A stretch of 32,000 bases of DNA, from the NCBI RefSeq assembly GCF_003010495.1, contig NZ_CP027570.1, positions 1,470,001-1,502,000 on the forward strand, written 5' to 3'. Source of the stretch: Megasphaera elsdenii DSM 20460. GTDB taxonomy: Bacteria > Bacillota > Negativicutes > Veillonellales > Megasphaeraceae. Shown piece after piece: positions 23,377 to 32,000 of the stretch (within the stretch, counting starts at the first letter, position 1; each line of letters opens with the position of its first letter). The notes beneath the pieces are model-generated. The model saw only the letters and a program-made list of their open reading frames with translations. It had not been told where the DNA came from and made no database searches. A program made the position numbers and the translations under genes.

Positions 23377-25283
23377 AGTCAGCGAAAGAATTGTGGCAAT
23401 ATATTTCCCGCCACGGCTTGAAACCGCTGCCGAAGACGTCTGTCAGCGAATGGGCGGATACATACCGCTATTTGTCGGCCGGCGTTTCGTCAGAGCCGGG
23501 CAAATGGCGGACGGAACGGGCCGAGTATCAACGGGCCATCATGGATGCCTTCACAGAACCCGGCGTACATCGCGTCGTCGTCAAGTCGGCGGCGCAGATT
23601 GGCAAATCAGACATCATGAACAACGTCATCGGGCGCTTTGCCCACTTGGACCCGGCATCCATTATGATGATACAGCCTACAGTAGACATGGCCCAGGATT
23701 ATTCCAAATCACGTATTGCTCCCATGATCCGCGACACGCCCGTATTGAGTTCGTTGTTCTACGATGTGAAGCGGGCCGGGGATAAGACGGCTAAAACCAG
23801 GGATGGAAACAACACGATTCTGTCGAAATTCTTCCCAGGCGGCCGACTGGTCATGTGTGGAGCTAACAGCCCGGCCGGACTGGCCAGCCGGCCGGTACGG
23901 ATTCTGTTGGCTGATGAAGTAGACCGTTTTCCTGAATCAGCTGGAAATGAAGGCGATCCGGTGGATCTTGCTAGTAAGCGTATGACGACATTCTGGAATT
24001 ATGTCATGGGTTTGTTTAGTACACCAACTATAGAGGGCGATAGCCGGATTGAAATTGAATACAATGCAGGCACGCAAGAAGAATGGCAGCATCAATGCCC
24101 TAATTGTGGCGAATGGCACTTGATTCGTTATTTGGATATGATAACAGATGCGGAGGAACATCGTGATAAAAGCGGGCGCCGTCAGGTAATTGTTCATGGC
24201 GTAAAATGGCGATGCCCTGATTGTGGATTTGAGTTTACAGAACAACAAATGAGAAATGCGAAACAGATGTATGTGGCCCGAAATCCCAAAGCATTGTTTA
24301 ATGGGATACGCTCATTTTTTATTAATGCCTTTACCTCTCCTTGGATTGGCTGGAATGATATTATGCGGGAGTGGATGGAAGCCAAGGGAAATCCAGAGCG
24401 AGAAATGGTTGTTGTTAATACCCGTTTTGGAGAAAGTTATCATGAACAAGGCGCTTTCGAGGATGAAACAATCTTTCTTAGACGCCGGGAAGCATATGGA
24501 GCAGAATTGCCCGATGGCGTGCTGTTATTGACGGCAGCCGTCGACACCCAGGACAATCGACTGGAATATGAAGTATGCGGCTGGGGAGCCGGTGAAGAGT
24601 CGTGGGGAATCCGCAAGGGAATTATCTTAGGGCAACCAGATTGGGAATCAACATGGAGTGAACTAGATAAAATACTTGAACATGTATACCGGTTTAAAAA
24701 CGGGACCGGGTTGAAAATCGTCCGGACTTTCATCGACTCTGGCGGTCATTATACCGGTCATGTTTATCGCTATTGCGAAAAAAATTTCATTAAACAGCGA
24801 TTTGCCATCAAAGGATATAGCAATCGCCCAGGAATTCCGCTGAACTACAAAATCGGGAAGGCATCGGGGACGACGATACCACTGGTCATCCTCGGTGTCG
24901 ACGATGGCAAACAGCAGGTCATGAACCGCCTGGCCATTAAATCACCAGGAGCACAATATATGCATTTTCCATTGGATGAAGACCAAGAAGGCTTGCAAAA
25001 TAGGGGATATGATGAAATCTACTTCAAAGGAATTATGTCTGAACGAAAGGTAAAGATAAGACGATATGGCAGCATTCGAGAGATATGGCAGCCAACAAAA
25101 GGTGTCCGAAACGAACCTCTGGATCTTCGAGTCTACAACCTGGGATGCATGTTGTCGGTCAATCCGCAATGGGATGAACTGCAAACTATCATGAAACAGC
25201 CGGCGCAGGAAGCGGTTGTCAGAAAAGAACCACCTAAGCCCGCAAGGAAACGACGGGTCAGCAAACAGACGAACATTTGGTAG
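23373..25283 (+). CDS. terL: terminase large subunit, lambda GpA family
   Basis: VVVKSAAQIGKSD (Walker A), LLADEVD (Walker B), zinc-ribbon CPNCG...CPDCG, and a size of 636 aa. Confidence 0.93.
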   Translation: MKSAKELWQYISRHGLKPLPKTSVSEWADTYRYLSAGVSSEPGKWRTERAEYQRAIMDAFTEPGVHRVVVKSAAQIGKSDIMNNVIGRFAHLDPASIMMIQPTVDMAQDYSKSRIAPMIRDTPVLSSLFYDVKRAGDKTAKTRDGNNTILSKFFPGGRLVMCGANSPAGLASRPVRILLADEVDRFPESAGNEGDPVDLASKRMTTFWNYVMGLFSTPTIEGDSRIEIEYNAGTQEEWQHQCPNCGEWHLIRYLDMITDAEEHRDKSGRRQVIVHGVKWRCPDCGFEFTEQQMRNAKQMYVARNPKALFNGIRSFFINAFTSPWIGWNDIMREWMEAKGNPEREMVVVNTRFGESYHEQGAFEDETIFLRRREAYGAELPDGVLLLTAAVDTQDNRLEYEVCGWGAGEESWGIRKGIILGQPDWESTWSELDKILEHVYRFKNGTGLKIVRTFIDSGGHYTGHVYRYCEKNFIKQRFAIKGYSNRPGIPLNYKIGKASGTTIPLVILGVDDGKQQVMNRLAIKSPGAQYMHFPLDEDQEGLQNRGYDEIYFKGIMSERKVKIRRYGSIREIWQPTKGVRNEPLDLRVYNLGCMLSVNPQWDELQTIMKQPAQEAVVRKEPPKPARKRRVSKQTNIW

Positions 25284-25291
25284 GAGGAACC

Positions 25292-25510
25292 ATGAGTAAA
25301 CTGCAAAATGAACGACTGGCCCGGTATGTAGAAGCCGAGAAGGCCGTTTTGATGGGACAGTCATATACTATCGGCAACCGGACTCTGACAAGGGCAGACT
25401 TATCCAGCATCCGTGTTGCCATCGACAACCTGATCGCCAGCGGGGCGACGCTGGACGACAGCGAAACGCCGGGGAAAGGGCGCGGGAAACGCATTGTATT
25501 TTTCGATTAA
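25292..25510 (+). CDS. gpW-like head-tail joining protein
   Basis: About 72 aa, placed between terL and the portal gene as in lambda. Pattern AEKAVLMGQSYTIGNRTLTRADL. Confidence 0.6.
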   Translation: MSKLQNERLARYVEAEKAVLMGQSYTIGNRTLTRADLSSIRVAIDNLIASGATLDDSETPGKGRGKRIVFFD

Positions 25511-25522
25511 GGAGGGCCGACC

Positions 25523-27115
25523 ATGGCAAAACGAAATAAACGGTCACGACAAAAGGCGCGGACGCCGACAATCCAGAACAGCGGTTATTCAAACGGCGGG
25601 GCTTCGCACGAAAGCAATATTCTAAAAGCCTACAATCCGCGAAAATATTCCGCAAAATCAGACGTAAACGCCAATCTGTATACGTTGCGCAACCGCAGTG
25701 CCGACCAGTCTATCAATACGCCCATTGGGGCAGCGGCTATCATGACCAGTTCACTGCATACGATTGGGGCGGGGTTGCATCTGTTTCCGCGCCCCAAGTA
25801 CAAGCTGTTAGGTATGACAGCCGACGAGTCCCGGGAATGGTCACGCCATGTAGCCCAGGAATTCGACCTGTGGGCCAGCTCGACACAGTGCGATTTGACG
25901 AGGCGCAATAATTTTTACGACATGCAGGACATCAACTACACGGGTTATCTCGTGGATGGCGATGCCTTTTGCCTGTTCAAGCGCCGGCCACCGACAGCGG
26001 ATATGCCGTACAGCTTGCGCCTGCAACTCTTGGAAGGCAACCGGGTAAGCAATCCCTATGGCCGGGACTACTATGGCATTACCGGGCCGTATGCCGTAGA
26101 AATGACGGCGCCCACACCGGGGAACAAAATCATATCCGGTGTAGAAATCGACCCGGATGGAGCCGTCGCCGCCTATTGGGTATCGAACAAAGTACCCGGC
26201 GACCCGGTAGACATAGGGACGATTGCCACCTGGACCCGCGTCAAAGCATGGGGCGACATTTGCGGCATGCCAAACATTATACAGACCAGCAACGACCAGC
26301 GGCCGGAACAATATCGGGGAGCGCCGTATTTATCCCCTGTCATTGAAACGCTGAAACAAGTCAGCCGTTACACGACAGCCGAGCTGACAGCTGCCATTGT
26401 AAAGTCTTTTTTCTCGCTGTTTTTCACAGAGTCCCAGACATCTGGCGGCACGCTGAATGATTTCATCGGCAAAACCATTGACCCCCAGGGCGGTCCTGTC
26501 ATTGACCCGGACGAATACGCATTAGGGCCTGGGACCATCAATGCCCTGCCCCGCGGTGTCGATGTCAAAAGCATTGATGCATCGCGCAGCATGTCGACAT
26601 TCGACGCCTTCACGACGAAGCTGTTGGAAATGGTCGGCAGCGCCATCGGCCAGCCTTACGAAGTCCTGATGAAGCATTTCACGTCATCCTATTCGGCCTC
26701 CCGTGCCGCCATGTTGCAAGCCTGGGAAGAATATAAGCGCCGGCGCATTTGGTTCGCCCGCGATTTTTGCCAGCCTGTCTATGAAATGTGGCTGGCCGAA
26801 GCCATTGCCATCGGGCGCGTCAAAGCCCCGGGATTCTTCACGGATCCATTGATTCGGAAATGTTGGTGCAACGCCGATTGGTACGGACCGACCATGACGA
26901 TACTTGACCCGGTAAAAGATGTCAACGGCAGCGCCTTGCGGACGACATACGGCCTGAGCACACGAGAACGAGAAGCGGCTGAGCTGACAGGCACGGACTT
27001 GGAAGAAAATCTGGAACAGCTGGCGTACGAACAGAAGATGATTGAAAAATACGGTCTGACTATCGGAAGCCCGGAAGTGCTGGCCGACAAAGGAGAGACA
27101 ACCAATGAAGAGTAA
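25523..27115 (+). CDS. portal protein, lambda family
   Basis: 530 aa, in the position after gpW. Its sequence character is that of lambda-type portals. Confidence 0.88.
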   Translation: MAKRNKRSRQKARTPTIQNSGYSNGGASHESNILKAYNPRKYSAKSDVNANLYTLRNRSADQSINTPIGAAAIMTSSLHTIGAGLHLFPRPKYKLLGMTADESREWSRHVAQEFDLWASSTQCDLTRRNNFYDMQDINYTGYLVDGDAFCLFKRRPPTADMPYSLRLQLLEGNRVSNPYGRDYYGITGPYAVEMTAPTPGNKIISGVEIDPDGAVAAYWVSNKVPGDPVDIGTIATWTRVKAWGDICGMPNIIQTSNDQRPEQYRGAPYLSPVIETLKQVSRYTTAELTAAIVKSFFSLFFTESQTSGGTLNDFIGKTIDPQGGPVIDPDEYALGPGTINALPRGVDVKSIDASRSMSTFDAFTTKLLEMVGSAIGQPYEVLMKHFTSSYSASRAAMLQAWEEYKRRRIWFARDFCQPVYEMWLAEAIAIGRVKAPGFFTDPLIRKCWCNADWYGPTMTILDPVKDVNGSALRTTYGLSTREREAAELTGTDLEENLEQLAYEQKMIEKYGLTIGSPEVLADKGETTNEE

Positions 27116-28175
27116 AAGATTTTGGCGTTTCGTCAATGAAGCGGGCGACGACAACGCAGAACTGCTGCTGTATGGCGCCATCGCGTCGCAGTCATGGTAC
27201 GACGATGACGTTACGCCGCGCCAGTTCAACGACGATTTAAAAGAATGTGGCGGCAAGAATCTGACTGTACGCATCAACAGTCCCGGTGGCGACGTGTTCG
27301 CGGCCCAGGCCATTTATACGATGCTCAAAGGCTACAGCGGCAAGAAGACCATGCACATCGACGGGATGTGTGCCAGTGCGGCCACTATCATCGCTTGTGC
27401 GGGCGACAGCGTCGAAATGCCGCGGAATGCACTGTACATGATTCACAACCCGGCATCCTTTCTCATCGGTGGTTATGATGAACAGGGCCTGGCCAAATTA
27501 CAGAAAGCGCTGGCATCGACGAAAGAAACGATTTTGAACGTCTATGCGGAACGATGCCATAAGACAACGGATGAATTGGCACAGATGATGGACGATGAAA
27601 CGTGGATGACGGCCGACCAGGCCCTGGAAAATGGTTTCATCGACGCCATCGACGAAGACTATCAGGTCACGGCCAGCCTGAATGACAATATGCTGATTGT
27701 CAATAATATTTCCTGCCCGTGTCACATGAAGAACCGGGCACAGCTTGAAAAGATCATCAACAAAGGAGAAAAAAATATGGATGATAAAACCTTAGCCAGC
27801 AAACTGGCAGCCTTATTGGGTTTGAACCCGCAGAACGCGAACAAGGATGCGGATGAATTGAAGCGAATTGCTGAATTGAAGGCACTGAAAAACGGGAACG
27901 TATACACCGATGCCATGATTGACCGGGCTATCAGCGATGGTCGGACAGCGGATGATGTAGCTCCCTATATCGAAGCCGTCGCCGGCGTACAGTCGCCGAG
28001 TGACCAGGCACTAGCAAGCGTACGCACCATGATTATGGAACAGATGCAGTCCGGATCTGAACAGGTAACGCCAGTACCGAAAACAGGAATGCCGCAGAAC
28101 CAGGCAGCCGTAAAGAAAGCTCAGGACATTGAAGATGTAGTCAATGCAGCGAATAGATTGAGAGGTGCAAAATAA
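27105..28175 (+). CDS. ClpP/S49-like prohead protease fused to scaffold-like C-terminus
   Basis: INSPGGDVFAAQAIY...GMCASAATIIACAG...MIHNP are serine protease motifs. The C-terminal half is helical. Confidence 0.85.
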   Translation: MKSKRFWRFVNEAGDDNAELLLYGAIASQSWYDDDVTPRQFNDDLKECGGKNLTVRINSPGGDVFAAQAIYTMLKGYSGKKTMHIDGMCASAATIIACAGDSVEMPRNALYMIHNPASFLIGGYDEQGLAKLQKALASTKETILNVYAERCHKTTDELAQMMDDETWMTADQALENGFIDAIDEDYQVTASLNDNMLIVNNISCPCHMKNRAQLEKIINKGEKNMDDKTLASKLAALLGLNPQNANKDADELKRIAELKALKNGNVYTDAMIDRAISDGRTADDVAPYIEAVAGVQSPSDQALASVRTMIMEQMQSGSEQVTPVPKTGMPQNQAAVKKAQDIEDVVNAANRLRGAK

Positions 28176-28510
28176 TGGCAATCAGAGAAGTCATCGACAT
28201 TAAACACGACCAGCTTATCGGCGGGCCGGAAATTCCGATTTTGCTCAAGAACGTCACATTAACGGCGGGGACAGCTATGAAACGCGGCACGCTGATGACC
28301 GTTACCGGGACAGCCGCTGTGGCTACGGCTAAAGCCGCTGTTGCCAATGCTATTTTGAGTTGCGACGTGGATGATAAAGCCACCGTTGCGACGGTCTATG
28401 TTTCTGGCCGATTCCATCGCGAATACCTCATTGCCGCCAGCGAAGATACGGTTGACGCCCATGAAGAAGAATTGCGAAATGCCGGTATTTTCTTGACATC
28501 TGTACACTAG
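28175..28510 (+). CDS. head decoration protein (gpD-like)
   Basis: 111 aa, placed between the protease and the capsid gene. Ala/Thr/Val-rich. Confidence 0.65.
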   Translation: MAIREVIDIKHDQLIGGPEIPILLKNVTLTAGTAMKRGTLMTVTGTAAVATAKAAVANAILSCDVDDKATVATVYVSGRFHREYLIAASEDTVDAHEEELRNAGIFLTSVH

Positions 28511-28522
28511 GAGGAACTGAAC

Positions 28523-29575
28523 ATGGCTATTGAATTGAGAGATACTGTATCTTTGATGCAGGCAATGGAACGGATTACGCCGCCGGCATCTTTTTTGCTT
28601 GATACCTTTTTCCCGCTTGTACCGGCGACAGCCGTTACGACCAAAATTGCCGTAGAATACCGCAAGCGTGGCCGTCAGCTGGCCCCCTTTGTCGTTCGTG
28701 GCGCAAAAGGAGCGAGCCTGAAAGACACGGGCTCTAAAATCGCTATCTACCAGCCGCCGATGATGGGGCCGAGTAAGGTAGTAGACCCAGAAGAATTATC
28801 GGAACGTGGCTTTGGCGAAAACATCTACAGCACGACGACACCGGCCCAGCGCGCAGCCATCAAGCAGGCTGAAGATATGGTGGATTTGCAGAACGCAATC
28901 ATCAACCGCAAAGCGAAGATGGCGGCGGATATCTTGCAGACTGGTAAATGCGACATCGAAGGTTATGCCGATGACGGCAAGACAGTGTTGATTGACACCA
29001 TTGCGTTTGACTTTGACCATAAAGTCACGCCGACGACCACCTGGGATAAAGCCGGCGCGACGATTTACAGCGACATCAAGAACGCTTCGGAACTCATCCA
29101 GGAAGACGCCGGTATCGTCCCGACCATGATGATTTGTGGGAAAAATATCGCAGATTATTTGCTGAGCAATGACCAGATCATGAAATGGATGATGGTTCCG
29201 ACGGCGGACAATCTGTCCCTCATGGGCTTCCAGCCGCAGATTATCAGCCCGCAGATTACTCACGTCGGGCGCATCAAATCGCTGAACCTCGACGTCTATA
29301 CCTATGCAGAAACGTACACCGACGATGCCGGGAAATCGCAGTATTTCATCGACCCCGATACGGCCATCATCGCCATTCCGGGCCGCGGCAGTCAGCTCCA
29401 CGGCGCCTGCACCCTGCTCAATGATGCCGGCACGGCCTACGAAACCTTCGTTGCACCGTATGTGCCGTACTATAACGGCAACAAGGATACGCAGGTATTG
29501 AGTTTCTACATGTACTGCCGTTGTGTCCTGGCTCCGCAGTTTGTCGACGATTGGGCCGTCATCAAAGCGAAATAG
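28523..29575 (+). CDS. major capsid protein, lambda gpE family
   Basis: The N-terminus ...LMQAMERITPPASFLLDTFFP is typical of the capsid E family. 350 aa. Confidence 0.88.
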   Translation: MAIELRDTVSLMQAMERITPPASFLLDTFFPLVPATAVTTKIAVEYRKRGRQLAPFVVRGAKGASLKDTGSKIAIYQPPMMGPSKVVDPEELSERGFGENIYSTTTPAQRAAIKQAEDMVDLQNAIINRKAKMAADILQTGKCDIEGYADDGKTVLIDTIAFDFDHKVTPTTTWDKAGATIYSDIKNASELIQEDAGIVPTMMICGKNIADYLLSNDQIMKWMMVPTADNLSLMGFQPQIISPQITHVGRIKSLNLDVYTYAETYTDDAGKSQYFIDPDTAIIAIPGRGSQLHGACTLLNDAGTAYETFVAPYVPYYNGNKDTQVLSFYMYCRCVLAPQFVDDWAVIKAK

Positions 29576-29586
29576 GAGGGATGACC

Positions 29587-29829
29587 ATGAAGTTAGTCGT
29601 TACATACGGCTGCGTTTCCATGGGCAAGCACTTATATCGGACTGGCGACTCGTTCGAGTTGCCGGACGATGAAGCGGAAAAACTCATGGAACGGGCCGAT
29701 GAACAAGTTGTTGCCTTGGTTGGGGACAAAGTGGACCAGGCTAATGAGCCAGAGACGGAAGAATCGCCGGCAGACGAACCAGGGATGGAACTGCCCCAGG
29801 CCGATGCCGCCGCAGCCGTCCAAAAATGA
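29587..29829 (+). CDS. hypothetical small acidic structural-module protein
   Basis: ATG lies 7 nt after AGGAGGG. Confidence 0.45.
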   Translation: MKLVVTYGCVSMGKHLYRTGDSFELPDDEAEKLMERADEQVVALVGDKVDQANEPETEESPADEPGMELPQADAAAAVQK

Positions 29830-30152
29830 GCACGTTCAAAGAAATGGTAGCTTCGGACATTCCGGCTTTTCTCAATGCTGATGAATTTGCCGAAACACAT
29901 GAGCTGAATGGCAAGAAGTATACATGCATCGTGCAGAGTCCCAAAGAAGACGCTATGTTCCAGACACAGGAAATCTATTCCGGCTTCGAGAGCACCCATG
30001 GCCAGGTCATCATCATTCATATCGCTAAAGACGATTACGGAGAAGTCCCAGCGGAAGGAGAAAGTTTTACTGTCGATGGCGATTACTGCCTGGTAGATAA
30101 CGTCATCGACGACATGGGTATCTTGACGATGACCCTGCATAAGAATCACTAG
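29826..30152 (+). CDS. hypothetical head-completion/connector-region protein
   Basis: A coupled ORF in the morphogenesis operon. Confidence 0.45.
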   Translation: MSTFKEMVASDIPAFLNADEFAETHELNGKKYTCIVQSPKEDAMFQTQEIYSGFESTHGQVIIIHIAKDDYGEVPAEGESFTVDGDYCLVDNVIDDMGILTMTLHKNH

Positions 30153-30160
30153 GAGGGCCT

Positions 30161-30676
30161 ATGAGCGTAGAAATCGACATTCAAGGTGACAAAAAGCTTA
30201 TGGACGCCTTGTCCTCTCTGAGCGATAAAGAAATCGCCAGGGCGGCTGTAGCTGCCGGAAAGCGGGCGGCCACAGCCGCCAGGACGGCAGGGACAAAGGA
30301 AATCCGAAGCATTTATACCATGAAGGCCGGGGACTTGAAAGCGAAGGCGCAGATCCGGGCCGATGAAGACGGCGCTACCATCCTTGTCAAAGGGGCGCCC
30401 GAGGCAATCCATAAATATCAGGCCAAGAAGCGGCGGGACGGCGTCTTCGTATCCGTAAAGCGCGGGAAAATGACGCATGTCCCCCGCGGCTTTAGCCTGG
30501 GCGGGGCATTCGTCGCCCGTAAGGGAAAGGAAAGATACCCGCTGAAAGGTATCTATGGGCCGGCCGTGCCGCAGTTATTCGGCAATCCCGATGTCCTGAG
30601 CGTCATGATGGATCGTGGCAGTGACGTCTTTGAAGAACGATTGGAACATGAAATCGAATACAGATTAGGGAAGTGA
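30161..30676 (+). CDS. hypothetical neck/tail-completion-region protein
   Basis: An ORF with the SD AGGAGGG. The assignment rests on position only. Confidence 0.45.
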   Translation: MSVEIDIQGDKKLMDALSSLSDKEIARAAVAAGKRAATAARTAGTKEIRSIYTMKAGDLKAKAQIRADEDGATILVKGAPEAIHKYQAKKRRDGVFVSVKRGKMTHVPRGFSLGGAFVARKGKERYPLKGIYGPAVPQLFGNPDVLSVMMDRGSDVFEERLEHEIEYRLGK

Positions 30677-30680
30677 TGCG

Positions 30681-31190
30681 ATGACCCCATTGGAATGCGC
30701 GGAAGGTATCGCGGAATTCTTGAAAGAAAAATTCACGGCTTACCAGGAATATTGTGAAGGCCGGCCAGAAAATATCTTTTCGAGTGTCGATACGGATGTA
30801 AATGTATATGCCGGATTCCTGCCCCGGGCGAATAACCGGGCAGACCAAAAGAAACTTTGTCCGGCCGTCGTGGTACGGCCAGAAGCTACGACAGACGACC
30901 GGGATAAGTCCGTTACGTCTATCGTCATCTACGCGACTATTTACGATGAAGATATGACCTATGGAGCTCATATGTTGTTCCATTTCCTCGAATTCATCCG
31001 CTATCACCTGCTGGCCAACAATCCCATTGCCAAGAAATGGTTCATTGATATAGATGACGGGAATATCAAGACGACGATTCCCGATGACCAGCCGTTCCCA
31101 CAATGGGTAGGTGTCATTGAGTTCGACGTATTCATTCCGCAGCCACGTCAAACTCATTGGGAGGTTTTAGGAGGCAGATACGATGAGTGA
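30681..31190 (+). CDS. hypothetical morphogenesis protein
   Basis: An ORF in the operon. I recognise no motif. Confidence 0.45.
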   Translation: MTPLECAEGIAEFLKEKFTAYQEYCEGRPENIFSSVDTDVNVYAGFLPRANNRADQKKLCPAVVVRPEATTDDRDKSVTSIVIYATIYDEDMTYGAHMLFHFLEFIRYHLLANNPIAKKWFIDIDDGNIKTTIPDDQPFPQWVGVIEFDVFIPQPRQTHWEVLGGRYDE

Positions 31191-31419
31191 AAACAGCGGG
31201 CCGGTCATCTACGTCGGCCCAGCCTATAAAGACACGGAAATCCACACGAATCAGATTTTCGCAGACGGGATTCCTGCAAAATATAAGGACGACCCGGTAT
31301 ATAAGCATCTGTTCGTCACAGCGGGCGAATTGGATGCGGCACAAAAAGAAGTTAAATCTACAGGCTCGTTGAGAAACATCATGTATAAACGGGCCATGGC
31401 ATTACACGGAGGTAAATAA
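31183..31419 (+). CDS. hypothetical small protein preceding the sheath gene
   Basis: SD AGGAGG, and it overlaps the previous gene. Confidence 0.45.
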   Translation: MSENSGPVIYVGPAYKDTEIHTNQIFADGIPAKYKDDPVYKHLFVTAGELDAAQKEVKSTGSLRNIMYKRAMALHGGK

Positions 31420-31420
31420 A

Positions 31421-32000
31421 ATGGCATTTTTCCACGGCGTAAAAGCAAGCGAAGTCCCGACATCGATTGTGGCGACTGTCGCCACTGATTCCGGCTTGCC
31501 GGTTGTCTTCGGGACGGCGCCTGTCCATCTGACAGAAGACCCGACAGCCTATGTCAATAAACCCGTCATCTGCTACAGCTGGAAGGAAGCGACGCAGAAT
31601 TTGGGGTATCATCCCGACTGGGATAAGTACACGCTCTGCGAAGCGATGTATACCGAATTCAAACTGTACAATGTAAAACCCATTGTATTTGTCAATGTAT
31701 TGGACCCGGCCAAACATAAAGTGTCCGTTTCGGACACAGCCAAAACTGTTACGAAGAAACAGGTCATCCTTACAGACCCGGTTTTATTGCATACGCTGAC
31801 CGTCAAGGGTAGTGCAGACGGGTCCGCAGCCACCTTGGATAAGGACTATACGGCGGCATACGACGATGATGGTCAGCTCATCATTACCCTCTTGGATGAT
31901 GGTGCCCTAGCCTCCGTATCGAGCATCCATGTTGCTTATGACAAATTAGATCCTACGGCTGTCAAAGATGACGATATCATCGGCGGCATGTCCACGGATG
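31421..32000 (+). CDS. contractile tail sheath protein (P2 FI-like), N-terminal part, open at the window end
   Basis: MAFFHGVKASEVPTSIVATV...LPVVFGTAP...NKPVI parallels the N-terminus of P2 FI-type sheaths. There is no stop before 32000. Confidence 0.75.
   Translation, partial: MAFFHGVKASEVPTSIVATVATDSGLPVVFGTAPVHLTEDPTAYVNKPVICYSWKEATQNLGYHPDWDKYTLCEAMYTEFKLYNVKPIVFVNVLDPAKHKVSVSDTAKTVTKKQVILTDPVLLHTLTVKGSADGSAATLDKDYTAAYDDDGQLIITLLDDGALASVSSIHVAYDKLDPTAVKDDDIIGGMSTD

Larger units (their letters stand above)
8143..32000. mobile_element. integrated temperate prophage (cos-type, contractile tail), left end; continues past the window
   Basis: A tRNA fragment plus integrase at the left end, then an immunity switch, replication/partition genes, a late activator, terminase, head genes and a tail sheath, all in canonical order. 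Confidence 0.9.

Noticed and set aside
23366-23785. A 139-aa ORF in another frame at the start of terL.
   Set aside because: It is Arg/His/Gly-rich out-of-frame read-through of the terL coding sequence. The terL frame carries the Walker motifs.
1-32000. A search for CRISPR arrays, rRNA, IS elements with terminal inverted repeats, retron/DGR-type reverse transcriptases, and toxin-antitoxin pairs.
   Set aside because: I saw no regularly spaced direct repeats of 25-40 bp, no rRNA-like sequence, no transposase or RT motifs (YxDD), and no obvious small TA gene pair in any frame.

Overview
The window looks like a chromosomal segment from a Negativicutes/Veillonellaceae-type genome. That guess rests on the MmdA protein, which is nearly collinear with my recollection of Veillonella parvula MmdA; I ran no search. 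There are three blocks. (1) 1-1440 is visibly AT-rich. It holds the 3' end of a radical SAM/SPASM maturase gene, two unannotated paralogous 39-40 aa peptide ORFs (below the ORF-track cutoff), a hairpin terminator and an ACP-like gene, which together look like a RiPP-type cluster. (2) 1441-8140 is GC-richer host DNA. It carries an EcsC-family gene, two small hypothetical genes, a WYL-domain regulator, a frameshifted AAA-ATPase-like/PD-(D/E)XK gene, and a methylmalonyl-CoA decarboxylase operon (alpha, OadG-like delta, biotin carrier) with no beta (pump) gene before its terminator. (3) 8143 to the window end is a temperate prophage that runs off the right edge. It abuts a 47-nt 3' fragment of a tRNA-Lys(CTT) gene (attL). 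In order it contains a tyrosine integrase; an AT-rich accessory block (secreted Ada-like zinc-ribbon protein, DinD homologue, PH+SHOCT protein, membrane-anchored coiled-coil DUF4041/T5orf172 nuclease-like protein); a LexA-like CI repressor and Cro with face-to-face promoters and repeated TTACA-N3-TGTAA operators; early genes (XRE regulator, LysM/YneA-like protein, ParA/ParB, HUH rolling-circle Rep, an HNH ORF lacking a canonical start); a sigma-r4-like late activator; a roughly 520 bp structured non-coding region (direct repeats, extended -10, hairpins, intrinsic terminator, probable cos); and a lambda-order head module (Nu1-like TerS, GpA TerL, gpW, portal, ClpP-like protease/scaffold, decoration protein, capsid E) followed by a P2 FI-like tail sheath. 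The most interesting candidates are the genes placed downstream of cI (a rex-like position), the prophage DinD, the RiPP-like peptides, and the late control region. All functional calls come from by-eye motif recognition and are not verified by any search.
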